Made by a program: the position numbers and the translations under genes
Shown: positions 50,132 to 59,043 of the stretch, piece by piece
How the letters are laid out: each line of letters starts with the position of its first letter
Numbering within the stretch: the stretch's first letter is position 1
Virus record (IMG/VR): IMGVR_UViG_3300010366_000001
Span: 625-64,624 of that record
Source of the DNA: a virus
Taxonomy: Duplodnaviria; Caudoviricetes
DNA: 64,000 nucleotides
Direction: 5' to 3' (one strand)
The notes under the pieces: model-generated
Seen by the model: only the letters and a program-made list of their open reading frames with translations
The model's database searches: none
What the model was told of the DNA's origin: nothing

Positions 50132-51158
50132 ACGTCACCATGATGGCGTGCCCGCCGTGGGCCATCGGCTTGGCCTGCTGGTCGTGGCCGTAGGCCTGCC
50201 GGCGGATCGAGCGTCGCAGTTCATCGAGGCGCCGCGCGCCGGCGTTGGTCGAACCGTCACCCAAAGCTGCGACCGTGGGCGCGTCGATCACGTACTCGCC
50301 GTCGGAGAGCAGCACCGGCCGGCCGTTGGGCGTCGAACCCTCGATCGCATCCGACTGGCCGCTTCCGGGCCCCGCAAGCAGGCCGCCGCCGGCGCCCGCC
50401 AAGTCCTGCTCGTCGTCGCCCTCTTCATCGTCAGGCGGCGCGGCTGGAGCTTCGTCGCCCGCCGCGTAGTCGCCCTCGGCCGGCGTCTCTTCGTCGTCCT
50501 CGTCCCCTTCACCGTCGTCGGGCTTATGGGCGTGCATCATCTCGGTAAGCTCGCCCAGCGCCTCGCGGCCGAATTTATCGACGAAGGCCTTGAGCGCCGA
50601 GATCGGATCCGGGTGCCGGCCCTCGAGCGCAAGCATGGCCTCGACCACGATCTGCTTTTCGTCCTGCTGGGGGCCGGAGAGATTCTCGTCACCTTCCATC
50701 AGCGCGCCCATGTCCCCCGAGTCGCCAGCGTCCCCCGGGTCGCCAGCGTCCCCCGGGTCGCCAGCGCCCTCCGAATCAGGACTAAGGGCCGCGGCCATCT
50801 CTTCGTCGTCCGGCGCTCCGCCCTCGGCAAAGTTCTGCCGCTGCCAGGGCGCCGCGGTCAGGGCCGAGGGGCTGAAGCTCCGCATGCCCTGCATAGTGCG
50901 CAGAACCTGGCGCGCCTTGGGATCCGCAGGAGGCGCAGCATAGAGCCTGGAGATCGGGCCGCCGTCCTGCATGGTCCCCGGCCGCAGGTGCGGCATGGTC
51001 TTCTTCAGGCTGCCCAGGCCGCTTTCTTTGCGCAGGCTGCCGAAGCTCGGGGTGCGGAGCCCCGGGTTGCGAAAGGCGCGCGAGGCCGAATCGGGCGCCA
51101 TGCGCCGCTCGGCGTTCCTCATTGGATTGCTATAACCGGAAAGTCTCATGTCACACAT
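50124..51158 (-). CDS. Putative internal virion protein
   Basis: GSGQSDAI..LLSDGEYVI.A..V..LGDGS..AGA..L motif; acidic linker; GDPGDA tandem repeats. Confidence 0.6.
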   Translation of the reverse strand: MCDMRLSGYSNPMRNAERRMAPDSASRAFRNPGLRTPSFGSLRKESGLGSLKKTMPHLRPGTMQDGGPISRLYAAPPADPKARQVLRTMQGMRSFSPSALTAAPWQRQNFAEGGAPDDEEMAAALSPDSEGAGDPGDAGDPGDAGDSGDMGALMEGDENLSGPQQDEKQIVVEAMLALEGRHPDPISALKAFVDKFGREALGELTEMMHAHKPDDGEGDEDDEETPAEGDYAAGDEAPAAPPDDEEGDDEQDLAGAGGGLLAGPGSGQSDAIEGSTPNGRPVLLSDGEYVIDAPTVAALGDGSTNAGARRLDELRRSIRRQAYGHDQQAKPMAHGGHAIMVTFG

Positions 51159-51444
51159 CCTCCGGGGTAACGACAGTCAGAAAGTACGTGCCCTTCGGCG
51201 TACCTGGAATGTCTTTCAAATAGACGGTGCCGTTGGGCAGTTGCGACGTATCCGGGTAGTCGCCGGGGCCAGGACTGGCGCTGACCCGAGGCGGGTCTGT
51301 CATGATCACCCGGGCCGTGATCAATTCGCCGAGCGACTCGCGCTGCACCATGTAACGATTGATCGCATTCGTCAGTTGCGCGATGTAGGTCTGGTCGTAA
51401 ACCGGCGGCGGCGCCGGCAGCGTTTGTTTGACGACACGTGCCAT
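51151..51444 (-). CDS. Small tail-region protein
   Basis: LPAPPPVYDQTY..QL..AI..Y pattern. Confidence 0.55.
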   Translation of the reverse strand: MARVVKQTLPAPPPVYDQTYIAQLTNAINRYMVQRESLGELITARVIMTDPPRVSASPGPGDYPDTSQLPNGTVYLKDIPGTPKGTYFLTVVTPEDV

Positions 51445-51447
51445 AAG

Positions 51448-53349
51448 CTATTTCCTCCCATCCGGACGCATGTCCGTGCGCATCGTACCCCATCTCCAGC
51501 TAACGCCGGCGGCCGTCGATTCCAGGCGCACCGAGATCTGCCGCTCGCGAGCCCGGATGGTCTCGAGACCCGTGTTCGGCGTGACGTTCACCCTCGAGAG
51601 CACCTGCTTGGGCGCCTGCGTATCGCCACGCCCCAGGATGCTCAGCCCGACCGACTGATCTTCCGCCGCGGCTGAACCGCGGAACTGCACGTCGGGAATC
51701 AGCCGGCTGATGAACAGGTAATGCTCGCCGCCATCGCTATCGAGGTCCGCGGATTCGATCCATGCCGGCAGGGGCGCGCCATTCGCGTCGGTTCCGAACT
51801 CGTGGTAGTAGAGCAGGCTCGGCCCGCGGTCCGAGGCCACCGGGTAGGAAGCGCGGCCCATGTCGAGCCAGGCGGTGCGCTCGATTGTGCCCTTCGACCA
51901 GACCTGGTCGATGTAATTGTACAAAACGTACTTGTCGTTTTCGAGCGAATTCGCAGACGGATAGAACCAGACCACCTCGCCGAAGGCATGATTGTGGCCG
52001 GCGTAAACTTTGTAGCCCTGGAGAAAGTTGAGGTCGCCGAACACATAGTCCTTCAAGCTGCACGGCAGTTCCTGCGTCTGCCCGGTATAAGCGTAGAACA
52101 ACCCCCGATCCATCCAGAACACGGCGTTGCCAGCGTTGATAACAGCGTTCGGCCCAATCAGCGAGAGGCCCTCGGCGATCGAATCGAAGCCGAACACATA
52201 GGGCGCCCCGATGTACTTCATCGACCATAGGCCGAGGTCCGTCCAGATGAGAATCTCCTGGCGGGTGCGCATGCCGCCGATGATGTAGCTGCCGGCGCTC
52301 AGCCGATAGTCGCCGGCGGAGTTGGTGCGCAGGGGATTCCACGTGTAGGCGTCTTCTTCGGTTGACCAGCGCACGAGCAGCAGGTCCGGCTTGGTGATCC
52401 CCACCTCGGGATGATTGCAGCCCATGGCGATCAAATGACGGTCGTTGGGGCTCACCAGAACCTGGCTCGCTATGGTCGGCACCTCGACCGGCGTAAAGGT
52501 ATCGGCGCCAACCGTCACCGTCTGGTTGAGGGGCTCGGCCCGGTGACCCAGCCCCGATGCCTGGTGCCAGTAGTAGATCTTACCGCCGCGGACGTTCGCC
52601 ACCATGTCTTCGCCGAAGTTGTCGATATCCCACAAGCGAAGCTGGTTCACAGAGGGATCCGCGGGATTCAACAGCGTGGGATCGAACGGCATGCCCCAGC
52701 CAACGTTATACGGAGCAGGCCCGCCCCACGGCGGAATGCCCCAGCCCATGCCGATTACGGCGTCGGGCTGCCCGGAGGGAATCAGGCAGGTTGCCTGCAC
52801 GTTCGGCCCGCCGCCCGCCTGATTGCCGATCGCCGCCGGATCCGCCATCGGGATCGTGATATGGGTCCCGTCCGGCACACTCGCAACCACGTATTCCCGA
52901 TTGAGCACCGCCGGCGTGTAGTTATCGCAAGCAGTGCTCGCGCCGCTGAAAATTACGTAGTCGCCGGCATTGAGCCCGTGCGCCGATGCAAACGTGACGG
53001 TGGTCGCATTCGACCCCGCCGGCCCGCTCGAGAATGGATCCGCCGGCAGAACGAACGTCGCCCCGATCGGCGTCAGGTCGTAGTAGTTCTCGCTCCAGAG
53101 AATGTACAGATGACTGTTGGTGCCGAGCCCGACGTAACGATTCTGCTCGAGCGTTGACCACTGGTGAATGTAGCGGCACACGCCCTCCATCGGCGTCTCG
53201 GTGACCGCCTGCCAGCCGCCCATCTTCTCCGGATGCCCAGCCCGGAATCGCACCTTGTCCGCGTCGTACCAGCCGCCAGAAGCGGAGTACTCGGTGGACT
53301 CACGCACGATGCCGGGGCTGAACTGAAGCTTCGTTAGCGCCACTTCCAT
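51448..53349 (-). CDS. Tail hub / DNA stabilisation protein (P22 gp10-like)
   Basis: 633 aa beta-propeller-like; GWYDADKVRFR.G.PEKMGGW; LLVRWS; C-terminal WRWGTMRTDMRPDGRK. Confidence 0.8.
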   Translation of the reverse strand: MEVALTKLQFSPGIVRESTEYSASGGWYDADKVRFRAGHPEKMGGWQAVTETPMEGVCRYIHQWSTLEQNRYVGLGTNSHLYILWSENYYDLTPIGATFVLPADPFSSGPAGSNATTVTFASAHGLNAGDYVIFSGASTACDNYTPAVLNREYVVASVPDGTHITIPMADPAAIGNQAGGGPNVQATCLIPSGQPDAVIGMGWGIPPWGGPAPYNVGWGMPFDPTLLNPADPSVNQLRLWDIDNFGEDMVANVRGGKIYYWHQASGLGHRAEPLNQTVTVGADTFTPVEVPTIASQVLVSPNDRHLIAMGCNHPEVGITKPDLLLVRWSTEEDAYTWNPLRTNSAGDYRLSAGSYIIGGMRTRQEILIWTDLGLWSMKYIGAPYVFGFDSIAEGLSLIGPNAVINAGNAVFWMDRGLFYAYTGQTQELPCSLKDYVFGDLNFLQGYKVYAGHNHAFGEVVWFYPSANSLENDKYVLYNYIDQVWSKGTIERTAWLDMGRASYPVASDRGPSLLYYHEFGTDANGAPLPAWIESADLDSDGGEHYLFISRLIPDVQFRGSAAAEDQSVGLSILGRGDTQAPKQVLSRVNVTPNTGLETIRARERQISVRLESTAAGVSWRWGTMRTDMRPDGRK

Positions 53350-53704
53350 TCACCTTGGCAATATCGACAACAGACGGTTCAAACTGTTTGAGCAGGGGCT
53401 CGAGCCAGCGGCGGTCATTCGCCGAAAAGCCCTGCGGCCACTCCTTGAGCAGCTTCTCGATGCGGTTCAATTCGTCGGTCGAAAATTCGAACTGGCGCAC
53501 CAGTTCAGGGCGCAGGTCCCACATGGGCTGATCGAGCTCGCCCACCTTCACGGTGCGGAAATTGACTTCCCTCTTCTCCTCTTCGGAAAGCTCGATGCGG
53601 TCCTGCAGGCGCCACCAGAAGCGCACGTCGTCCACCGAGCCGCGCTGCGAGCCCATCAGGAAATGCAGATTCAGGCGCTGCGTATGATCGAGATGTAGAT
53701 CCAT
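53300..53704 (-). CDS. Hypothetical
   Basis: 134-aa ORF with RBS. Confidence 0.6.
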   Translation of the reverse strand: MDLHLDHTQRLNLHFLMGSQRGSVDDVRFWWRLQDRIELSEEEKREVNFRTVKVGELDQPMWDLRPELVRQFEFSTDELNRIEKLLKEWPQGFSANDRRWLEPLLKQFEPSVVDIAKVNGSGANEASVQPRHRA

Positions 53705-53714
53705 CCAAACCTCC

Positions 53715-56195
53715 TTAGCTCCATTCGTACCAATAAGACAACGTTGCAGTGCCGCCAGCCGTCGTGACCTTGTAGCTGTAACTCGGCAGCACGACGAACG
53801 TCAGGCAGGATTCATTTATGGAATTTTCACCGCCGCTCACGGCCACAACCGTCGTCGCGCCCGATGCATCGGCATAGGCGAATACCTGGGCGTTGGCGTT
53901 GCACTGGCAGGACACCGTGACCAGCAAAGCTTTGCCGCCGCCGTTGGTATAGACAGTTCCGGTAATGTTCCGGTTTGAGGTCTGGTTGGTTTGCGTCGTG
54001 AATCCGCCTGCCGCCACCGTCGCCCACTGCCCGTCACCGCGGAGATAATTCGCGCTGCTCGGCGAGCCGCCACCGAGCCGCGCCGCGGCAATCGTGCCGG
54101 TCGTAATGTCCGCGCCACTATGAACGTGAACAGACGGCGGAAAGGTCGCCGGCTTCCCGCTCACCTTGCCCCATGAAATATCCAGCCAGGCCGGATCGGA
54201 ATAGCTTCCCTGGGTGGAAACGGCGTAGGTGACTTGCGAGGCGGTGTAATCACCGGCCTGCGCGGCCACCGCTCCCCCGCGGCCGAAAACGGACGTCACC
54301 AGCGCCACGCCCTTGACGCGAACCGCACCGCTCGCATTGATATCGCCGACGACGTCAAGCTGGTAGCCCGGCGCCGCCCCGCCGATCCCCACGAAGCCTA
54401 CGCCAGCACCGCTGCTCTTGATCGCGAGCCACGGCGCCGCACCGCTCGCGCTCGAGCCCACCACGAAGACCCCTGCCGCCTGAGTCAAGAAGGTAACGTC
54501 CGCCCCCATGCGATTCAGGCCGATGGTGAGATAGTTCCCAGCCGCCGGATTGGTCTGGAGCAGAAGTGAATAGTCGCCGGTGTCGCCGTCCTGGTAGGCG
54601 GCGCCAACTAGGATGCCGTTACCTTTTACGTGGAGAGTGCTCAGCGGCGCCGTCGCGAAGCCGACTCCGATGCTGCCTGCGTTCTGTAGGGTTTTGCCGT
54701 TGCCGTCAATATTCGTGAGCCAGGGACTCTGTGTAAGGGGCGTGCCCTTCACGCGGAAGGTGCCACTGCAATTGATATCGCCAGCCACGTCGATCGGGTA
54801 CTGCGCGGCAGCGAGGGACACGGCAATCGACGCGACGTTGGTCAGGTTGAAGCCGCCGCCGTCCACCGAGGCTTTCCAGGGACTGGGCGCCACCCAGGTT
54901 GCCGAGCCGCCGCTCACCGTGAGCACCCGGTTTGCCGCCCCCAGCGGCAGAACCGTCCACGAGCCGGTCCAAATAAGCATGTCTCCGGTAGTGGCGCCGG
55001 CCGCCACCTGCGCTGGAATGTTCGCCCAGGACGTTGCATTCGCGCCGGCCGTCAGCACCTGGCCCGCCTGCCCGCGCGCGAGAACCTGCCAGGCCCCGGA
55101 CTGCCAGGCGAGCAGGTCTCCCGTGTTCACACCCTGCGGCTGCGGCCACGCCCAGGCGAGGCCCGAGGCGCCGGCCGTCAGCACCTGGCCCGCGGGACCC
55201 ATGGGGAGCACCGTCCAGAAGCCCGGCCCGGGCACCGCCTGCCAGACCAGCGTGTCGCCCGTAGCAGAACCGGAAGGCAAGGTCGCACCGCCCCCGCCGC
55301 CACCCGACGCAGCGATCACGACGTCCACCCAATCCTGCGCCGAGTTGTCGGTAATGATCAAAGTGACGTTGGCGCCCTGCACGAAGTTGAGGCCGTGCCG
55401 TGTGCCCTTCAGCGCGCTATTGAGCGTGACCCTTACCTTCTGCACGCTCGCGTTATCCGCCACGCTTAAATGCACGTCGCCCGAAAGCGGGCCGCCGCCC
55501 TGCAGGCCGTAATCGGCGAATACCTGGCGTGTTACCGGCACATAGCCGGCGATCAGGCTCGAGCCGCTCACCTGGATCCCCGCGGAAAACGTCGCAACCC
55601 CGGTGAAGGTTTTCGCGCCGGCGAGAGTCTGCGCCCCGATGCTCACAACGCCGCGAGATGCAGCGCCGGCGTCCGGCACATTCAACGCAACCGAGCTACC
55701 GAGCGGCGCCGGCGATCCGGTCACGCTCAGATCGGCGCCGGCCGCGGCCGACAATGCCAGGCCGATCGTGTTCGGCGAGACGTTGATCGCCGACAGATAC
55801 ATCGGCACCCAGCGCGTGCCGTTCCAGCCCAAAAACTGGCCGTAGCTCGCGCCGGCGCTGGTCAGTTGCATCGCGTTGATCATCACCGACGGAGTGATCG
55901 GGAAATTGACGCGAACCTGCCCCAGCGATGCCGTGGCGAGATCCGGCACCATCCAATACTCGTTATAGACAGCGCCTTCCTCGAGCTCATAGAGCGCCGT
56001 GTAATAGGTGCCGACCGGGATCGCGTTCACGTTCGGCGCAATCAAAACGGAGAGGACGCCGCCCACGATCGGATACACCGTCTGGCCGCCGGCCACCATC
56101 AAGCCGCCAACCTGAAACGCAGGCCAACTCACGATCACGCGGCCGTTAACGGGCCGGCCATCGGCATACGTCAGATTGTCGATGATGCTGGTCAT
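53715..56195 (-). CDS. Tail fibre-like protein 2
   Basis: GD.L.W...W..L..G..GQVLTAG repeats; VFGRGGAVAAQAGDYTA; C-terminal TVYTNGGGK..VLPSYSYKV tip. Confidence 0.8.
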   Translation of the reverse strand: MTSIIDNLTYADGRPVNGRVIVSWPAFQVGGLMVAGGQTVYPIVGGVLSVLIAPNVNAIPVGTYYTALYELEEGAVYNEYWMVPDLATASLGQVRVNFPITPSVMINAMQLTSAGASYGQFLGWNGTRWVPMYLSAINVSPNTIGLALSAAAGADLSVTGSPAPLGSSVALNVPDAGAASRGVVSIGAQTLAGAKTFTGVATFSAGIQVSGSSLIAGYVPVTRQVFADYGLQGGGPLSGDVHLSVADNASVQKVRVTLNSALKGTRHGLNFVQGANVTLIITDNSAQDWVDVVIAASGGGGGGATLPSGSATGDTLVWQAVPGPGFWTVLPMGPAGQVLTAGASGLAWAWPQPQGVNTGDLLAWQSGAWQVLARGQAGQVLTAGANATSWANIPAQVAAGATTGDMLIWTGSWTVLPLGAANRVLTVSGGSATWVAPSPWKASVDGGGFNLTNVASIAVSLAAAQYPIDVAGDINCSGTFRVKGTPLTQSPWLTNIDGNGKTLQNAGSIGVGFATAPLSTLHVKGNGILVGAAYQDGDTGDYSLLLQTNPAAGNYLTIGLNRMGADVTFLTQAAGVFVVGSSASGAAPWLAIKSSGAGVGFVGIGGAAPGYQLDVVGDINASGAVRVKGVALVTSVFGRGGAVAAQAGDYTASQVTYAVSTQGSYSDPAWLDISWGKVSGKPATFPPSVHVHSGADITTGTIAAARLGGGSPSSANYLRGDGQWATVAAGGFTTQTNQTSNRNITGTVYTNGGGKALLVTVSCQCNANAQVFAYADASGATTVVAVSGGENSINESCLTFVVLPSYSYKVTTAGGTATLSYWYEWS

Positions 56196-56198
56196 GGT

Positions 56199-57782
56199 CT
56201 AAGTTGGCGTGTGCGTCGTATACCACTGCGCAGGCCCATCCTGGTCACTGAGCGGAACGAACGTAAAAACCTGCCGGCCGTTGTATTGGTACTGGATTAC
56301 AAAATTGACGGCAGCGCCCTGGGTTCGAACATAAAAACGAACCATGCCGACAGGTATGCTGTCGGTCGCCTGCGACGCATACTCCATAGCAATGGCGCCC
56401 GTGAGCCCCGCGGCGCCGCCGGTCGAAGGCTCTTTGCCGACGTGAATGCAGCCCCAGGGGTGGCCCTGGACGGTTCCGTATAGGTCCAGCCGGCCGGTGA
56501 CCGGTTGCGTCGTGAGGAAGCCACCACCCTTCACAAACAGGTTGCCCTGGCCGTCGATCGAGGCCACGGTGCTGCCGTCCGAGGCCTGCCAGACCTGCAG
56601 GTAGGCCTGGCTCGCCACGCCGCGCACAACCAGCGGCGGCTGGGTTGCGACGCTGGCGAAAATTGCGAGCTTGGCACCCTGGTCGCCGAGGGCCCCAATC
56701 GTAATGTTCCCATTTGCGCGCCAGAAGCTCATCACCCACGCAAGGAAAGCGCCGCCATCGGTATAGGAGGCCAGCGCGAGGTTGCTGCCGGCGTTGCCGC
56801 CAGTCTCGCCGGCGCCTGGTGTGCTCAGGGCCCAACGCAGCGAATTGTTGGTTGCGAAGATCAAATACCGGGCCTGGTTGGTCGGATCGTTGGAGTCGAG
56901 CCAAATCTGCGGCAGGCGGCCGTAACCAATATGCAGACTATGCGAGGGAGTCAGGCCGATCCCAATCCCGTATCCGGGGTTGATTTGCACCAACGCATCC
57001 TGCGAAAGCTGGTTCGAGGGATTCGAATAATAGATGCAGTACGGCGCAGACCCAGAGATCGAGCCGCCCACCACGATGCCCGGGACGGACCAGCCGAGCG
57101 ATCCGTTGGGCTGCACCTCGAGCACCGTGCCAACGGGGCCCACGGCGAGCGGCGCCAGCTTGCCGGCCGGACTGCGGTAGTACAGATCGTACGGGCTGTT
57201 GGTGACCCCCGGCAGCGTCATAGTTACGTCGCCGTTTAAGGCCGCCGCGCCGTTGAAGGTCGCCGTGCCGTTGAAGGTCGCCGGCTGCGAGTAGGTCGCC
57301 GCCTGCGCAAAGCTGATCGCGCCCTGCACCGTGAGGGCGCCCACCACGAGCAGGCTGTTGACTTGCGGGTTGTAGTTCGCGCCGTCCACTTTCGCGGTCG
57401 CCCCCGCGCCGTTGCAGTAGATGATCGCCGACTGGCCGGCCTGCAGATTGAAGTCGCCGCCGGTGCCCTGGCGAAACGCGATCGGAAAGCCGCACGCGTT
57501 TTGCATCATGTAGATCTTCTGCGCGGTGTTGGGGCCGATAGTCACCGTAACGGCTGCGCCCGGCGTCCCCGTCCAGACGATCACCTTGTTGCGGCCATCA
57601 CTCGGCACGCCCGTCTGCGTAAGCAGCGAGTAGGTCTGCGAAGAAAGCGAAATCTGCAAGCTGCCGTCAATGCCGACGTCGAGGAAGTCGTAGCTCTTAT
57701 TCGCCGTGACGCCCCAGGATCCCGCCTGTTCGCCGGTGGCCGGCTTCTCGAGCCCCAGGTTGTTCGTAAAGGTCGATGGCAT
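56199..57782 (-). CDS. Tail fibre/spike-like protein 3
   Basis: MPSTFTNNLGLEKPATGEQAGSWGVTAN anchor motif; beta-rich body. Confidence 0.75.
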   Translation of the reverse strand: MPSTFTNNLGLEKPATGEQAGSWGVTANKSYDFLDVGIDGSLQISLSSQTYSLLTQTGVPSDGRNKVIVWTGTPGAAVTVTIGPNTAQKIYMMQNACGFPIAFRQGTGGDFNLQAGQSAIIYCNGAGATAKVDGANYNPQVNSLLVVGALTVQGAISFAQAATYSQPATFNGTATFNGAAALNGDVTMTLPGVTNSPYDLYYRSPAGKLAPLAVGPVGTVLEVQPNGSLGWSVPGIVVGGSISGSAPYCIYYSNPSNQLSQDALVQINPGYGIGIGLTPSHSLHIGYGRLPQIWLDSNDPTNQARYLIFATNNSLRWALSTPGAGETGGNAGSNLALASYTDGGAFLAWVMSFWRANGNITIGALGDQGAKLAIFASVATQPPLVVRGVASQAYLQVWQASDGSTVASIDGQGNLFVKGGGFLTTQPVTGRLDLYGTVQGHPWGCIHVGKEPSTGGAAGLTGAIAMEYASQATDSIPVGMVRFYVRTQGAAVNFVIQYQYNGRQVFTFVPLSDQDGPAQWYTTHTPT

Positions 57783-57785
57783 TCG

Positions 57786-58411
57786 TCACCTCCGCCCGAA
57801 GCGCAACTCTTTCCAATCCGCCGGCGCCGGCCCGTTTTGGGTCTTCCATGATGACGGCCGCGACCCCTGCGTCTGCCACCTGGCGGCCGCTGCCCGCTCA
57901 AGCTCGCTCCAGCGGCCCCAGACCACGGCGTAGCCCAACTCGGCCGTCATCCCCGCGATCTGCACCGATACCAGTACACTGCGCGGCTGCATCACCCAAT
58001 CCTGATCAGCGCCGTCGCCGGCCCGGGCGTCGGCAGGTGAACGCGGAAGTCGCCCACGTTGCTCGCCTGGTCCGAGACGAAATCGAGCACCGCCACGCTG
58101 CGCTGCTGCTTCGTCTTGTTGTAGATCAGGGCCGCCCGCGCGATCAGGGTTGAGTTCGGCCAGACCGGATCGTCCCACGTCGCATAGGCCGCCGCGGCGG
58201 ATGGTCCGAGCACCCGCGGCTGCTGCATCTCGAGGCCGCCCGCGGTATAGCCCGGCCCGGAGATTTCGCCATCGGTTACATAGGACGTCGTGTCCCGCGT
58301 GAGGTTCGCAAGGTCGGTGTAGAGCGCGATGAAGAACTGGTCCGCCAGCAAGTTGTGGATGCCCTTCAATAGCTCGACCTTGAAGCTGCCGCAGACGCCG
58401 GCCGCGATCAT
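57786..58411 (-). CDS. Two virion-module genes: 58411-57992 and 57992-57786
   Basis: CGSFKVELL.G.H...DQFFIALYT..A.L...TTSY...GE..G.GYTAGG conserved structural pattern. Confidence 0.65.
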
Positions 58412-59037
58412 ACCTGCACCCGCACGTCCGGCTCCTGCTGCGTGTCCTTCTTGGTGCGGCCCTTGGCGTGGTCCGAATCCATCTTGATATCGGCCTCGAA
58501 CATCTGCATGTACCGCTGGAACATGTCGTCTTCGGCCTTCTGATAAATGCCGGCTTCGACCAGCGCGCCCGTGAGCATCGCGTGCGGAAAGTGGTCGCCG
58601 AGCCAACTCGAGCCCGTGAGCACGATGGAGGGCGGCTGAAAGAAGTAGCCGAGCCTCACCGGATACGCCTGGTCCGGCGTCGGCCCCAATTTCAGACTCG
58701 CCTGGTTTAAATAGGCGTAGAAGCGCAGCAGCCCTTCGCAGAACGGATCCGGGTAGCATTCATCGATAAATTCCGGATCCTTGTTGAGCACCGTGACGTA
58801 GCCGTCCGGCCCCAGCGCAATGAGACTGTCGGGCGCCAGAAAGTCAGTGGGAACTGCGAGCAGGTTGCTGTGCGCGACGACCGCGGCCGACACGTCCTTC
58901 CGGAAATTAGGCAGGCGTACGCGCAGGGCGATGCGACCCTCGGCCAGCTTAATAAAATTGTCGATGTTCTCGACGAAGCTGGCCTCGAAATCCTGCGCGT
59001 ACTCCTGTATTGCTGCTCGCAGTTCAATGTAGGTCAT
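58408..59037 (-). CDS. Head-tail adaptor / tail tubular-like protein
   Basis: MTYIELRAAIQEY; FIKLAEGRI; LGPTPDQAY; LTGALVEA. Confidence 0.75.
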   Translation of the reverse strand: MTYIELRAAIQEYAQDFEASFVENIDNFIKLAEGRIALRVRLPNFRKDVSAAVVAHSNLLAVPTDFLAPDSLIALGPDGYVTVLNKDPEFIDECYPDPFCEGLLRFYAYLNQASLKLGPTPDQAYPVRLGYFFQPPSIVLTGSSWLGDHFPHAMLTGALVEAGIYQKAEDDMFQRYMQMFEADIKMDSDHAKGRTKKDTQQEPDVRVQV

Positions 59038-59043
59038 TAGAGT

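Noticed and set aside
53715-54010. Fibre tip as a diversity-generating retroelement target
   Set aside because: No reverse transcriptase and no adenine-variant template repeat found
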